From an uncultured Candidatus Bathyarchaeia archaeon (GTDB lineage: Archaea > Thermoproteota > Bathyarchaeia > 40CM-2-53-6): 64,000 bases of DNA. Under the pieces are notes generated by a model, which did no database searches, was not told where the DNA came from, and saw only the letters and a program-made list of their open reading frames with translations. Positions 46,553 through 55,750 of the stretch are shown one piece after another; position 1 is the first letter of the stretch, and each line of letters opens with the position of its first letter. The DNA lies in NCBI GenBank assembly GCA_964559555.1, contig CAZLHM010000007.1, forward strand, positions 1,942 to 65,941, given 5' to 3'. A program made the position numbers and the translations under genes.

Positions 46553-47373
46553 TGTCGTCGACCCCACAGCTGCCACCCGTTGCCAAGGTCGAACAGAAGA
46601 CGGTGGCTGATCTTATTGCACAAGGAAAGAGGATCGACGGGCGAGGCTTAACTGACTACAGGAACCTGAAGATCGAGACCGGAATTGTTCAGAAGGCAAA
46701 CGGATCTGCTCTTGTCCACCTTGGAAAGACAAAGGTCCTGACCGGAATCAAGGTTGAGCTTGGAGAACCGTTCCCCGATACACCTGACCAAGGAGTGCTT
46801 ACAGTCAATGCTGAGCTTGTTCCTATGGCTTCACCTTCATTCGAGCCTGGACCTCCAAGCGAGGGAGCGATTGAACTGGCAAGGGTCGTGGATCGAGGGC
46901 TTAGAGAATCGAAGGCCCTCCCACTCGAGAAGCTGTGCATCGACCCCGGCAGGAAGACGATGATCGTCTTTGTTGACGTGTACGTCCTTGATCACGACGG
47001 AAACTTGATCGACGCTTCTGCCATTTCGGCACTGGCCGCACTGGTCACGTCAAAAAGAAAGACGTTCGAGCTGAATGGCGGAGAAGTGCAAATGAAGGGC
47101 GAACTCGTGCCATTAGAGATCAGGAACGAACCGGTGGCGGTAACCGTTGCAAAGATAGACAATAACATGGTGCTGGATCCTTGCCTCGAAGAGGAGCTTG
47201 TTGTGAATTGCCGGCTGACCGTGACTTCTGACCGGGACGGCAACATCTGTGCAATGCAGAAAGGGGGCCTAGGTGTGCTGACCGACCAGGAGATCCGACA
47301 AGCCGTCAGGATTGCGATTGACAAAGGAAGAGAGATCCGCGGCGCGATCAGAGGAGCGACTGGTCGAAGTTGA
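46552..47373 (+). CDS. rrp42: Exosome subunit Rrp42 (RNase PH-like).
   Basis: RIDGRGLTDYR...ANGSALVHLGKTKVL... matches the family. Its start overlaps the rrp41 stop. Confidence 0.9.
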   Translation: MSSTPQLPPVAKVEQKTVADLIAQGKRIDGRGLTDYRNLKIETGIVQKANGSALVHLGKTKVLTGIKVELGEPFPDTPDQGVLTVNAELVPMASPSFEPGPPSEGAIELARVVDRGLRESKALPLEKLCIDPGRKTMIVFVDVYVLDHDGNLIDASAISALAALVTSKRKTFELNGGEVQMKGELVPLEIRNEPVAVTVAKIDNNMVLDPCLEEELVVNCRLTVTSDRDGNICAMQKGGLGVLTDQEIRQAVRIAIDKGREIRGAIRGATGRS

Positions 47374-47774
47374 AGGTCAAGAAAGTCGGCCCAGCCGGGA
47401 GCTTTGGTGCTAGGTACGGAACTGTCGCGAGGCGAAGATACGCCGAAGTAATCGCCGGAATGCGTGTTCCGCACGAGTGCCCCAGATGCCACGTACGAGC
47501 CGTGAGGCGGCTTGCGGTTGGAGTGTGGAGCTGCAGAAAATGTGGAGTCAAGTTCTCTGGCGGAGCATACCTCCCCACCACGAAGCTAGGTGAGGTGGCA
47601 AGAAGAGCTGCAAGGGAAGGACTCGCTGCAGGACTGCTAGCAGCAGAACTCAAGGCAAAGGCCGAAGCTCGAGCATCGGAAGAGAAAGCTGCCGCCGCAG
47701 CACGTGAGAAACGAAAGAGGAGAAGAAGGAAGGCAGAGAAACCTGCCGAGGAAGCGACCGAAACGAAGCAATAG
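47370..47774 (+). CDS. rpl37ae: Ribosomal protein eL43 (L37Ae) with a ~45-aa K/A/E/R-rich C-terminal extension.
   Basis: GSFGARYG...CPRCHVRAVRRLAVGVWSCRKCGVKFSGGAY is the zinc ribbon. The tail is AAELKAKAEARASEEKAAAAAREKRKRRRRKAEKPAEEATETKQ. The TTG start overlaps the rrp42 stop. Confidence 0.9.
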   Translation: MKVKKVGPAGSFGARYGTVARRRYAEVIAGMRVPHECPRCHVRAVRRLAVGVWSCRKCGVKFSGGAYLPTTKLGEVARRAAREGLAAGLLAAELKAKAEARASEEKAAAAAREKRKRRRRKAEKPAEEATETKQ

Positions 47775-47787
47775 AAAGCCCGCTGCG

Positions 47788-48072
47788 GTGCTAACACTCA
47801 AGAATGCCAAGGCCGAAGCGAAGATCTCAATACCGTTTGGAACCGAGTCAGATGCTGAGGCGCTCCGCCGAGCCCTAGGACCAGAAACCGTCGGCCAGAA
47901 GACGACCAGAGCGTTGGTTGCTCTGAGCAAACGTCAGAGACAGGTCACGATGAAGTTCTTCGCCACAGACCTCGTTGCCCTGCGAGCAATCATTAACTCC
48001 TTCCTACGTCTAGCCGCGACATGGAACCGTGTATCCAAGTGTATGAGTTTTGCACACGAGCATGACATTTGA
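47788..48072 (+). CDS. Second Pcc1-like protein (Pcc1 or Pcc2 paralogue of KEOPS).
   Basis: AKISIPFGTESDAEALRRALGPE...FFATDLVALRAIINSFLRL is the Pcc1/CTAG family pattern. It sits at the conserved superoperon position after L37Ae. I chose the start at GTG 47788 because the track ORF (47704) overlaps the rpl37ae tail. Confidence 0.65.
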   Translation: MLTLKNAKAEAKISIPFGTESDAEALRRALGPETVGQKTTRALVALSKRQRQVTMKFFATDLVALRAIINSFLRLAATWNRVSKCMSFAHEHDI

Positions 48073-49313
48073 CCAAATGGCTCTCGCCAGGTGAAGCTTC
48101 GTTGTATGACCAGTTCGATGGCGAGATGGAGAAGCGCGGACTGGAGACCGTACTCGTCATAGGTGAGAGCACGCTTGGAAATCCCGAGCTTGCCTACGTG
48201 GCTGGAACAACAATTCCGCGCGGAGGCATTTTTGTCAAGCGAAGAGGTCGAGATCCGATCCTCGTTGTCAGCAACATAGATGTTGGAAGTGCAAGACGCG
48301 GGCGCGTCAGGAAGGTTCAGACATACACTGACTATCACTATGAGAGACTGATCCAGCGCCATGGTCGTGAGCGCGGCTACGTGAAGCTACTTCAGTCACT
48401 CCTGAGGTCCATCGGCACCGAGGGAAGAGTGTGCATATACGGTCACAACGACTTCTCTCGTCTTCTATCAGTTGCAGATTCCCTACGCAGGCTCGGATAC
48501 AGAATATCTGGAGAAAGCGACACGACAGTAATCGAGTCTCTTAGAGAGACAAAGGACGCGGCTGAAGTCGAGAGAATCCGAGATGTTGGGGTGCGAGCGG
48601 CCAAAGTTGTGCGGTGCACGCTACAGATGCTTCGAGAGTGCAAAGTCAGTGCGGGAAAACTCAAGACAAAGAAGGAAACATTGACCGTTGGAATGGTCAA
48701 GTCTCGAATCAATGGTCTATTGGCGGAGCACAATCTCATGGCGCCCGAGGGAACCGTCTTCGCGATCGGAAAGAGTTCGGCAGACCCACATGAATTCGGG
48801 ATCCTGTCAGAGCCGGTCAGATCGGGCGAACCAATTGTCTTCGATTTGTTTCCCATGGCTGCAGATGGATACTGGTTCGATCTGACTAGGACCTACGTGA
48901 TTGGCAAGCCGTCGCGTAGGATCAGGAGAATGTTTGAGGCTGTACTCGACGTGCAATTGAAGTCTCTCGATTCAATCCAACATGGTGTGCCGGCGAGCCA
49001 GATCATGAACCATGCATGCGATACCTTCGAACGATACGGCTTCAAGACGATCAGAGCAACCCTGAAGGGAGACAGGGCGGCTTCTAGGGTCGGATTCATC
49101 CATTCTCTTGGTCACGGAGTGGGGCTGACTGTTGGAGAGAAGCCGTACCTCAGCCTACTTGGCAAGGACACACTCCGAACAGGGCAGGTCTTTACCGTCG
49201 AACCCGGCCTCTACGAACCCAAAGTAGGCGGCGTGAGAGTCGAGGACACGATCCTGCTGAGAAGACGACGGATTTACAATCTCACACCTCTGGAGAAGGA
49301 CCTAACGATCTGA
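48069..49313 (+). CDS. M24 family Xaa-Pro peptidase (prolidase/aminopeptidase P-like).
   Basis: Metal-ligand blocks FDLFPMAADGYWFDLTRT, HSLGHGVGL and VEPGLY...GGVRVEDT are present. Confidence 0.82.
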   Translation: MTKWLSPGEASLYDQFDGEMEKRGLETVLVIGESTLGNPELAYVAGTTIPRGGIFVKRRGRDPILVVSNIDVGSARRGRVRKVQTYTDYHYERLIQRHGRERGYVKLLQSLLRSIGTEGRVCIYGHNDFSRLLSVADSLRRLGYRISGESDTTVIESLRETKDAAEVERIRDVGVRAAKVVRCTLQMLRECKVSAGKLKTKKETLTVGMVKSRINGLLAEHNLMAPEGTVFAIGKSSADPHEFGILSEPVRSGEPIVFDLFPMAADGYWFDLTRTYVIGKPSRRIRRMFEAVLDVQLKSLDSIQHGVPASQIMNHACDTFERYGFKTIRATLKGDRAASRVGFIHSLGHGVGLTVGEKPYLSLLGKDTLRTGQVFTVEPGLYEPKVGGVRVEDTILLRRRRIYNLTPLEKDLTI

Positions 49314-49375
49314 CCAGCTATTTCTGCCAAGTCTAATACGTCCGTATGTTGCATCTATTGGGCGAGGTCTGTGCA

Positions 49376-49858
49376 ATGGAAACCAAGGTTGTGCGAATAG
49401 AGGTCCCAGAAGGCACCAACATCATACTTGGCCAAAGCCACTTCATAAAGAGCGTTGAGGACCTCCACGAAGCTGTTGTCGGCGCAGTGCCCAACGCCAA
49501 GTTCGGGATAGCATTCAACGAATCGAGTGGTCCATGCCTAGTGAGGGTCTCAGGCAACGATCAAGAACTGACCAACCTCGCTGGAAAGTCCGCCCTCAAG
49601 GTTGGCGCTGGACACGTGTTCATCCTATTCCTGAAAGACGCCTACCCGATCAATATCCTCGACAAGATAAAGGCCGTGCCCGAGGTCTGTTCAATATATG
49701 CGGCCACTGCCAACCCCATTCAAGTGATTGTAGCGGAGACCGGGCAGGGCAGAGGTATCTTGGGCATAATCGACGGTTCGAAACCGAAAGACATCGAGAC
49801 TCCCAAGGATGTTGAGGATCGCAAGAACTTCCTGAGGAAGATCGGCTACAAGCTGTGA
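49376..49858 (+). CDS. Adenosine-specific kinase family protein (PF04008-type).
   Basis: GQSHFIKSVEDLHEA...FGIAFNESSG..LVR..GND...AGHVFI...AYPINIL matches my memory of this archaeal family. I chose the start at ATG 49376. Confidence 0.6.
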   Translation: METKVVRIEVPEGTNIILGQSHFIKSVEDLHEAVVGAVPNAKFGIAFNESSGPCLVRVSGNDQELTNLAGKSALKVGAGHVFILFLKDAYPINILDKIKAVPEVCSIYAATANPIQVIVAETGQGRGILGIIDGSKPKDIETPKDVEDRKNFLRKIGYKL

Positions 49859-50093
49859 GATGCCCTCTCACGTGCGCATCCTGAAAACACTTAATACATC
49901 ACAATCGGCTGGAGGGTCGTACTGAGGCGTTAGAAATGGGCGGTCGACTTTGTGCCGGCTTACATTCCAAGGACGACTCTGCTCGATCTGAATAGAATCA
50001 TCCTGAACAGTTCACAGGAACGCCCTGAAAGACGGCGAGCCCTAGTGTCTGTACAACGATTTCTGGGCATCTTCAGCCAAGAGTGATTCGATC

Positions 50094-51503
50094 GTGACTC
50101 TCAGACTGACAAATACACTTGGAAGAAAGCTCCAGAGTTTCGTGCCTCTAAGGAAGAATGCAGTTAGGATGTACACGTGCGGTCCCACAGTGTGGGACTA
50201 CGCGCACATCGGTAACTTCCGCACGTACGTCTTTCAAGACGTTCTGAGAAGATACCTGAAGTACAAAGGATACAAAGTCTTCCAAGTGACAAACATCACA
50301 GATGTCGAAGACAAGACGATACGACAATCGCGAGCGGAAGGAGCAACACTTCGTGAATACACAAGCAAGTACGAGGAGGCTTACTTCACAGACCTCACGG
50401 CGCTGAACATCGAGAAAGCAGAACAATACCCGCGAGCAACCGCACACATCAACGAGATGGTGGCACTCGTCAACAAACTGATACGCAAGGGCGTCGCATA
50501 CGAGGCGGACGAATCCATCTACTTCGATATTTCGAAGTTCAAGGCATATGGGAAGCTCTCAGGCGTACGTCTAAGCGAACTCAAACTTGGAGCCAGAGTG
50601 GACTCGGACGAATATGGCAAAGATGAAGCGACAGACTTCGTGCTCTGGAAAGCATGGCGCTCAGAGGACGGAGAAGTATTCTGGGAAACCGAAGTTGGCA
50701 AGGGTAGGCCGGGATGGCACATTGAGTGTTCTGCGATGTCAATGAAGTACCTTGGGACACCATTCGACATACATTCAGGTGGAGAAGACCTGATCTTTCC
50801 TCATCACGAGAACGAGATCGCACAATCCGAAGCTGCAACTGGAAAGAAGTTCGTGAAGTACTGGTTGCATTCAGGTTGGCTTCTGGTTGGAGGAAGGAAG
50901 ATGGCAAAGTCATTCGGGAACTTCATCACGCTGAGAGATCTGCTCGGCAGAGGTCACGATCCTCTGGCAGTTAGATATCTCCTGATGTCCGCTCACTACC
51001 GTGCTCAGCTCAACTTCACTGAAGAAAGCCTGAAGGACGCCGGGAAGGCCGTCCAGTCACTGCGAGGCACCTTTGAGCGACTGGGAAGCATAGAAGCGAA
51101 AGAAAGAGGCATCAATCGGAAGCTGCGGATAGCTCTGTCAAAGGAACAACGAGAGTTCGAAAGCGCGATGGACGATGACCTTAATACGCCTAGGGCGCTT
51201 GCTGCCCTGCATCGCATCGCAAGAGCAGTCAACAGGCAAATTGACCGGCGAGAAATGTCTCGTGGAGATGTGCAGGTCGCGCTTCGGGTCTTCAAATCGA
51301 TAGACAAGGTGGTCGGGATTCTTGTCGAACGACCAAAGACTGAAGCTTTGCCGCCTGAGGCAAACCGGTTGATAGGGAGGAGAGAGGAAGCACGCATGCA
51401 GCGAGACTGGGCAACAGCAGACAGCTTGCGTGATCAACTGTTGGCCATGGGGATTATCATCGAAGATACCCCAACCGGAACCATATGGAAACGTCGAGCA
51501 TAG
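50094..51503 (+). CDS. cysS: Cysteinyl-tRNA synthetase.
   Basis: MYTCGPTVWDYAHIGNFRTY is the HIGH region, GWHIECSAM is present, and KMAKSFGN is KMSKS. It begins with GTG. Confidence 0.93.
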   Translation: MTLRLTNTLGRKLQSFVPLRKNAVRMYTCGPTVWDYAHIGNFRTYVFQDVLRRYLKYKGYKVFQVTNITDVEDKTIRQSRAEGATLREYTSKYEEAYFTDLTALNIEKAEQYPRATAHINEMVALVNKLIRKGVAYEADESIYFDISKFKAYGKLSGVRLSELKLGARVDSDEYGKDEATDFVLWKAWRSEDGEVFWETEVGKGRPGWHIECSAMSMKYLGTPFDIHSGGEDLIFPHHENEIAQSEAATGKKFVKYWLHSGWLLVGGRKMAKSFGNFITLRDLLGRGHDPLAVRYLLMSAHYRAQLNFTEESLKDAGKAVQSLRGTFERLGSIEAKERGINRKLRIALSKEQREFESAMDDDLNTPRALAALHRIARAVNRQIDRREMSRGDVQVALRVFKSIDKVVGILVERPKTEALPPEANRLIGRREEARMQRDWATADSLRDQLLAMGIIIEDTPTGTIWKRRA

Positions 51504-51577
51504 CAGCCTCCCCTTCAGCGGCGAAGGCTTTTTGACCGCAACAGACCAATCGTGGCTCCAAACGGGGCTCGTATGAT

Positions 51578-52015
51578 TTGGATGGCAAATTTCTCAGTAC
51601 CCTATTCTGGGCAGCTCTTGTCAACACGGTCTTCTTGGTTTTCAGTCTGATCAGGATATTTGCGGCGAAGGAGGTACGGTACGGCCTTCTGGACCTGTTC
51701 AACCCTCGTTTCTATCTGGAAAACCCAATCTTCATTCTTCTAATGATCATAGGCCCAGTGACCTTCATCTCCGACTTGATGGTGTTCTCGGCTGCAGGAG
51801 AGGTGTCAACGAGGATACTCGGACTGTTTGGTCTGAGCGCATTGAATCTTGTCGGGGTGATTTTCGCCTTCTTGCAGTTCGTATTGGTGAACATCCTTTT
51901 CGCAACGGAACACATCTCAAGTCGTGTGTGGATGTTGCTGCTGCTGTGGTTCGTACTTGTGGTCTCGGGAACCCTAACAGGTACAGCAATCATGGGTGAA
52001 CTCGCGAAACAATGA
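51578..52015 (+). CDS. Hypothetical membrane protein (about 4 TM segments).
   Basis: The call rests on the hydrophobicity pattern only. Confidence 0.45.
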   Translation: MDGKFLSTLFWAALVNTVFLVFSLIRIFAAKEVRYGLLDLFNPRFYLENPIFILLMIIGPVTFISDLMVFSAAGEVSTRILGLFGLSALNLVGVIFAFLQFVLVNILFATEHISSRVWMLLLLWFVLVVSGTLTGTAIMGELAKQ

Positions 52016-52107
52016 TCGTGCAGACCGAGATCTGACTTGCTCTGTGTAGACATCATTATATGTGTGACATCGAATCACGTGCGCAAACCGCGGAACGACG
52101 AGAGAAC

Positions 52108-53382
52108 ATGAGTGCCGAAGACACCGACCAAAGCGGCAGGGAGGACAACGCTCCGAGCTGGCAACCTGAGGTTAACATTGGAACACTCGGCCACGTGGAC
52201 AACGGCAAGAGCACACTCGTCCAGTCAATAACCGGCGTCTGGACTGCGAGACACTCGGAGGAGCTCAGACGGGGTATCACGATCAGAATAGGATATGCTG
52301 ATGTTTTCATTTACAGGTGTCCAAAATGCAAACCACCCCATAACTACACTACTGCTCCGAAGTGCCCTCGATGTGCATCGGAGACCAGATTCAGACGCGG
52401 CATAAGCTTCGTCGACTGCCCCGGCCACCACAGTCTCATGGTAACGATGCTCTCAGGTGCAGCACTCATGGATGGCGCACTCTTCGTAGTGGCCAGTAAC
52501 ATCAAGTTCCCGCAGGCTCAAGATCGCGAACACCTACTGGCCGCACAGATGGTCGGCATACAGCGACTGATAGTCATACAGAACAAGATCGATATTGTCG
52601 ACCGAGCTCAAGCGATGGAGAATTATGAGGAGATAAAATCGTTCTCCAAGAACACGATCGCAGCCGATGCGCCCGTGATCCCCGTCTCCGCTCAGCACGG
52701 CGCGAACACCGACGTGGTTCTGTACGAGATGGAAAAGAGAATCCCTACGCCCAAGAGGGATCCTACCGCTTCACCGCGAATGTATGTCCTGAGGTCCTTC
52801 GACATCAACAAACCTGGGACAGAAATTGAGAATCTCCACGGAGGAATCATCGGAGGATCAATCATGCAAGGCACTTTCAGAGTAGGCGACGAGATAGAAA
52901 TCAAGCCGGGCCTGTCGATCGAGACGGGCGGGAAGACCCGTTACGAACCCCTAGTCTCAAAAATAACGAGCCTGAACGTCTCCAAAGGCCCGGTCACGGA
53001 AGCCCGAAGCGGAGGCCTAGTTGGCGTTGGCACATCCCTAGATCCGTCTCTCACAAAGTCAGATGGTCTCGTCGGTAGCGTAGTCGGAAAGGTGGGAGAA
53101 CTTCCACCAGTCATCGAGAAGCTCACGGCAGAAGTGGCGCTCTTCGAAAGAGCTGTAGGGACGGAGCAGCTGGTCGTTGTCGACAAGATTAGGACGAACG
53201 AGCCTTTGGTCCTTAACATGGGCACTGCTGTCACATCGGGCATCGTGACGTCAGCAAGAGATAGCATTGTGGACGTTGCTCTCCGAAAGCCCGTCTGCCC
53301 AATCCCAGGCTTCAAGATCGCGGTGAGTAGGCGCATAGGCGACAGTTGGCGCTTGATCGGCTTTGGGGCGCTAAAGGGATAG
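52108..53382 (+). CDS. eif2g: Translation initiation factor aIF2 gamma subunit.
   Basis: VNIGTLGHVDNGKSTL, the zinc knuckle CPKCK...CPRC, DCPGHH and QNKID are present. I chose the start at ATG 52108. Confidence 0.93.
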   Translation: MSAEDTDQSGREDNAPSWQPEVNIGTLGHVDNGKSTLVQSITGVWTARHSEELRRGITIRIGYADVFIYRCPKCKPPHNYTTAPKCPRCASETRFRRGISFVDCPGHHSLMVTMLSGAALMDGALFVVASNIKFPQAQDREHLLAAQMVGIQRLIVIQNKIDIVDRAQAMENYEEIKSFSKNTIAADAPVIPVSAQHGANTDVVLYEMEKRIPTPKRDPTASPRMYVLRSFDINKPGTEIENLHGGIIGGSIMQGTFRVGDEIEIKPGLSIETGGKTRYEPLVSKITSLNVSKGPVTEARSGGLVGVGTSLDPSLTKSDGLVGSVVGKVGELPPVIEKLTAEVALFERAVGTEQLVVVDKIRTNEPLVLNMGTAVTSGIVTSARDSIVDVALRKPVCPIPGFKIAVSRRIGDSWRLIGFGALKG

Positions 53383-53385
53383 CTC

Positions 53386-53793
53386 GTGGCTGCAACTGTC
53401 TATTTGGACACGAGCTTTCTTATGCTGTCCGCAAAGTTTCACATTGACGTTCTATCGGAAACGGCGAGAATGCTGTCGAGCAGGACCGAGTTTGTGGTTC
53501 CACTTGCGGTGATTACTGAACTCCAAGGTCTTGCGCGCAATCGAGGCGCATCAGGACGTGATGCGAGAGTAGCTATGAAACTCATTCAAGGAGGAAATGT
53601 CAAGGTTATTTCATCCAAAGAAATCGTGGACGCAGATGAAGCATTGATTCAAGCCTCGGAACTGGCAAACACTGTCGTCGCGACTGCAGATGCAGAACTC
53701 CGCAGAAAGATCAGAGCGGCTGGAAAACCCGTGGTCTTTCTCAGAGAAAAGGCTAAGTTGGAGCTTGAAGGCATTGACGCAGCTTACAGGTAG
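53386..53793 (+). CDS. PIN-domain protein (Fcf1/Utp24-like, COG1412).
   Basis: VYLDTSFLM...VVATADAELR is present. It occupies the conserved position between aIF2-gamma and Rpo7. Confidence 0.75.
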   Translation: MAATVYLDTSFLMLSAKFHIDVLSETARMLSSRTEFVVPLAVITELQGLARNRGASGRDARVAMKLIQGGNVKVISSKEIVDADEALIQASELANTVVATADAELRRKIRAAGKPVVFLREKAKLELEGIDAAYR

Positions 53794-53832
53794 ACAATCG
53801 AGAAAGCATTGTGACACAGAGCGGAGATTTCT

Positions 53833-54408
53833 TTGTTCAAGATACTGACAGTTGAGGATATTGTAAGAATCCCACCGAAGAGCTTCGGCAACCCGATTGA
53901 CAAAGCTGCGAGAGATCAAGTCAAGCTCAAGTACGAGAACATCGTCGACGAACAGCTGGGCTACGCAGTCTACGTCGTCGATGTCAATGTCGACCCTGTG
54001 GGAAAGATACTGCCAGGGGATGGATCGACATATCATCGAGTCACATTCAAGCTTCTCAGCTTCTTCCCTGATATGCACGAAGTGGTGGAGGGAGAAGTCG
54101 TTGAGGTTACAGACTTCGGAGCGTTCGTCAGAATCGGTCCAGAAGATGCGCTCCTTCACGTGTCCCAAGTTATGGACGATTACATATCTTATGATGAGAA
54201 GCATGGGATTCTCGTAGGGAAAGAAAGCCAGAGGAAGATCGCCAAAGGAGATTTCGTTAGAGGCCGAATAATAGCCGTGAGCTTTCCCCGTGGTGGATCC
54301 GGGGGCAAGATTGGAATCACGATGCGCCAACCTTTCCTGGGGAAGATCGACTGGATTGAACAGGACGTGCGTCGTGCCAGAGGGCCAAGAGAGGAGAAAG
54401 CGGGTTGA
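53833..54408 (+). CDS. rpo7: RNA polymerase subunit Rpo7 (RpoE').
   Basis: (M)FKILTVEDIVRIPPKSFG... is followed by an S1 domain (GEVVEVTDFGAFVRIGPEDALLHVSQ). A TTG start is required. Confidence 0.9.
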   Translation: MFKILTVEDIVRIPPKSFGNPIDKAARDQVKLKYENIVDEQLGYAVYVVDVNVDPVGKILPGDGSTYHRVTFKLLSFFPDMHEVVEGEVVEVTDFGAFVRIGPEDALLHVSQVMDDYISYDEKHGILVGKESQRKIAKGDFVRGRIIAVSFPRGGSGGKIGITMRQPFLGKIDWIEQDVRRARGPREEKAG

Positions 54409-54590
54409 CAGAGAAAGCGTGCAAGAACTGTAGATACATCAGCAACGGCCCGGTTTGTCCAAACTGCAAGTCCACCAACCTCAGCGACGATTGGACCGGC
54501 CTCGCGATCATCATTGATCCAGAAGGATCTGAGATCGCCAAGAAGATGAGGATCAAATCACCGGGACGATATGCAGTCAGAGTGCGATAG
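54405..54590 (+). CDS. spt4: Transcription elongation factor Spt4 (RpoE'').
   Basis: It has the Zn ribbon CKNCRYIS...CPNCKS followed by DDWTGLAIIIDPE. Confidence 0.88.
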   Translation: MTEKACKNCRYISNGPVCPNCKSTNLSDDWTGLAIIIDPEGSEIAKKMRIKSPGRYAVRVR

Positions 54591-54620
54591 ATCACGAGCT
54601 TTGACGTTGTTGGTCAGAGA

Positions 54621-55139
54621 TTGCCAAAGCTCGTAATAACTGAGGAAATGCGATCGTCTCTCAAGAAACCATTAGGCAGACTCCTTGCAGGGCAAGGTGC
54701 TCAGATCTACAGGGAAATCTCGAGACTCATATCACGCAACCGGCCACCGCGAGTCATTTTCGTAGGCGACGCCGTTTCAAGAGGAGCAGTGGCCGCTCAT
54801 CTTCGCAGAGATCTCATCATAGTCGACGGCAGAGAGATGAGACTCGAAACCAAACCCGTTCGCGTGGATGCAAAGAGAACGTTCCGAGTTCGGAACGACC
54901 CGGGTACAATCGCTCTGGATGCGCTCGCAGCAGTAGAGAGCGCGGTTCAATCTGGAAATGCCATGATAGTTGTGGATGGTGAGGAGGACTTGCTTGCACT
55001 TGTCGCGATAGCAGTCGCACCGACTGGTTCTTTCGTGATGTACGGACAACCTAGTGAAGGAATTGTTCTCGTTGAGGTGGACAACAAGACGAGAGAAAAC
55101 GCGATTGCTTTCTTCGATTGCATGACCAGAGCGGAGTAG
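54621..55139 (+). CDS. DUF359 / GTP-dependent dephospho-CoA kinase family protein.
   Basis: LKKPLG...IFVGDAVS...LIIVDGREMR is present. It occupies the conserved position after spt4. It begins with TTG. Confidence 0.65.
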   Translation: MPKLVITEEMRSSLKKPLGRLLAGQGAQIYREISRLISRNRPPRVIFVGDAVSRGAVAAHLRRDLIIVDGREMRLETKPVRVDAKRTFRVRNDPGTIALDALAAVESAVQSGNAMIVVDGEEDLLALVAIAVAPTGSFVMYGQPSEGIVLVEVDNKTRENAIAFFDCMTRAE

Positions 55140-55153
55140 GGTTAAATCCCTTT

Positions 55154-55348
55154 CTATGCGTAGTCGGTAAAACTGCAGGATCCACAGGTCCACCGTTCGA
55201 CGGGCTTCCTATGATGCGCCATGAAACTTCCACAGCGAGGGCACTTCTTGTTCTTCAGCCTGATCAGTGCCTTCTGAGGGTCGACATCGTACAGCTTGCT
55301 CGCTCGTGCCTCCTTCTCTCTAGCTGGTTGTTGCTCGCTCAAAGTCAC
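55154..55348 (-). CDS. rps27ae: Ribosomal protein eS31 (S27ae).
   Basis: It has the zinc ribbon CPRCGSFMAHH...WTCGSCSFT. Confidence 0.88.
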   Translation of the reverse strand: MTLSEQQPAREKEARASKLYDVDPQKALIRLKNKKCPRCGSFMAHHRKPVERWTCGSCSFTDYA

Positions 55349-55353
55349 ACACG

Positions 55354-55737
55354 CTATCTCCGGGGCCTTGTTTGGGTTTTCGCGCTAGCTTTGGTTTCCG
55401 TCTCTGCTGTCTTGGCCGCTTTCGCAGACTTCGCTTCTCTAACCTTAGCTCTCTCCTCATGAGGCAGGTTCCTGATGGCTATATGTTCGGGAACAGTTGC
55501 CGACGCGATGCTAGGCTCATCATAGACTTGGAGAGCACAAAACGTTTTCCCCACTCCTGTTGATGGGCGGAGATCTACAACGAATACGTTCTCTATCTTT
55601 GTGCCAAGTTTGGAGGCCATTCGTTTTCTTACGTCCAGTCGTTGCGGAGTGCCTTCTCCTCTGTGTTCGATCTCAAGGCTGATCTCCTTCCGTTTCAACA
55701 GAGCGTTGTATGTCTCATTTGCCACCTTGATTTCCAT
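55354..55737 (-). CDS. rps24e: Ribosomal protein eS24 (S24e) with a K/A/T-rich C-terminal tail.
   Basis: MEIKVANETYNALLKRKEISLEIEHRGEGTP.R..VR matches the family. The tail is ERAKVREAKSAKAAKTAETETKASAKTQTRPRR. I chose the start at ATG 55737. Confidence 0.88.
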   Translation of the reverse strand: MEIKVANETYNALLKRKEISLEIEHRGEGTPQRLDVRKRMASKLGTKIENVFVVDLRPSTGVGKTFCALQVYDEPSIASATVPEHIAIRNLPHEERAKVREAKSAKAAKTAETETKASAKTQTRPRR

Positions 55738-55750
55738 TGCTGGCACACAT

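Noticed and set aside
47348-47930. Minus-strand ORFs of 97-149 aa rich in Ala/Ser/Phe/Leu.
   Set aside because: They mirror the GC/AG-rich low-complexity tail of rpl37ae and the start of the Pcc1-like gene. They are a compositional artefact.
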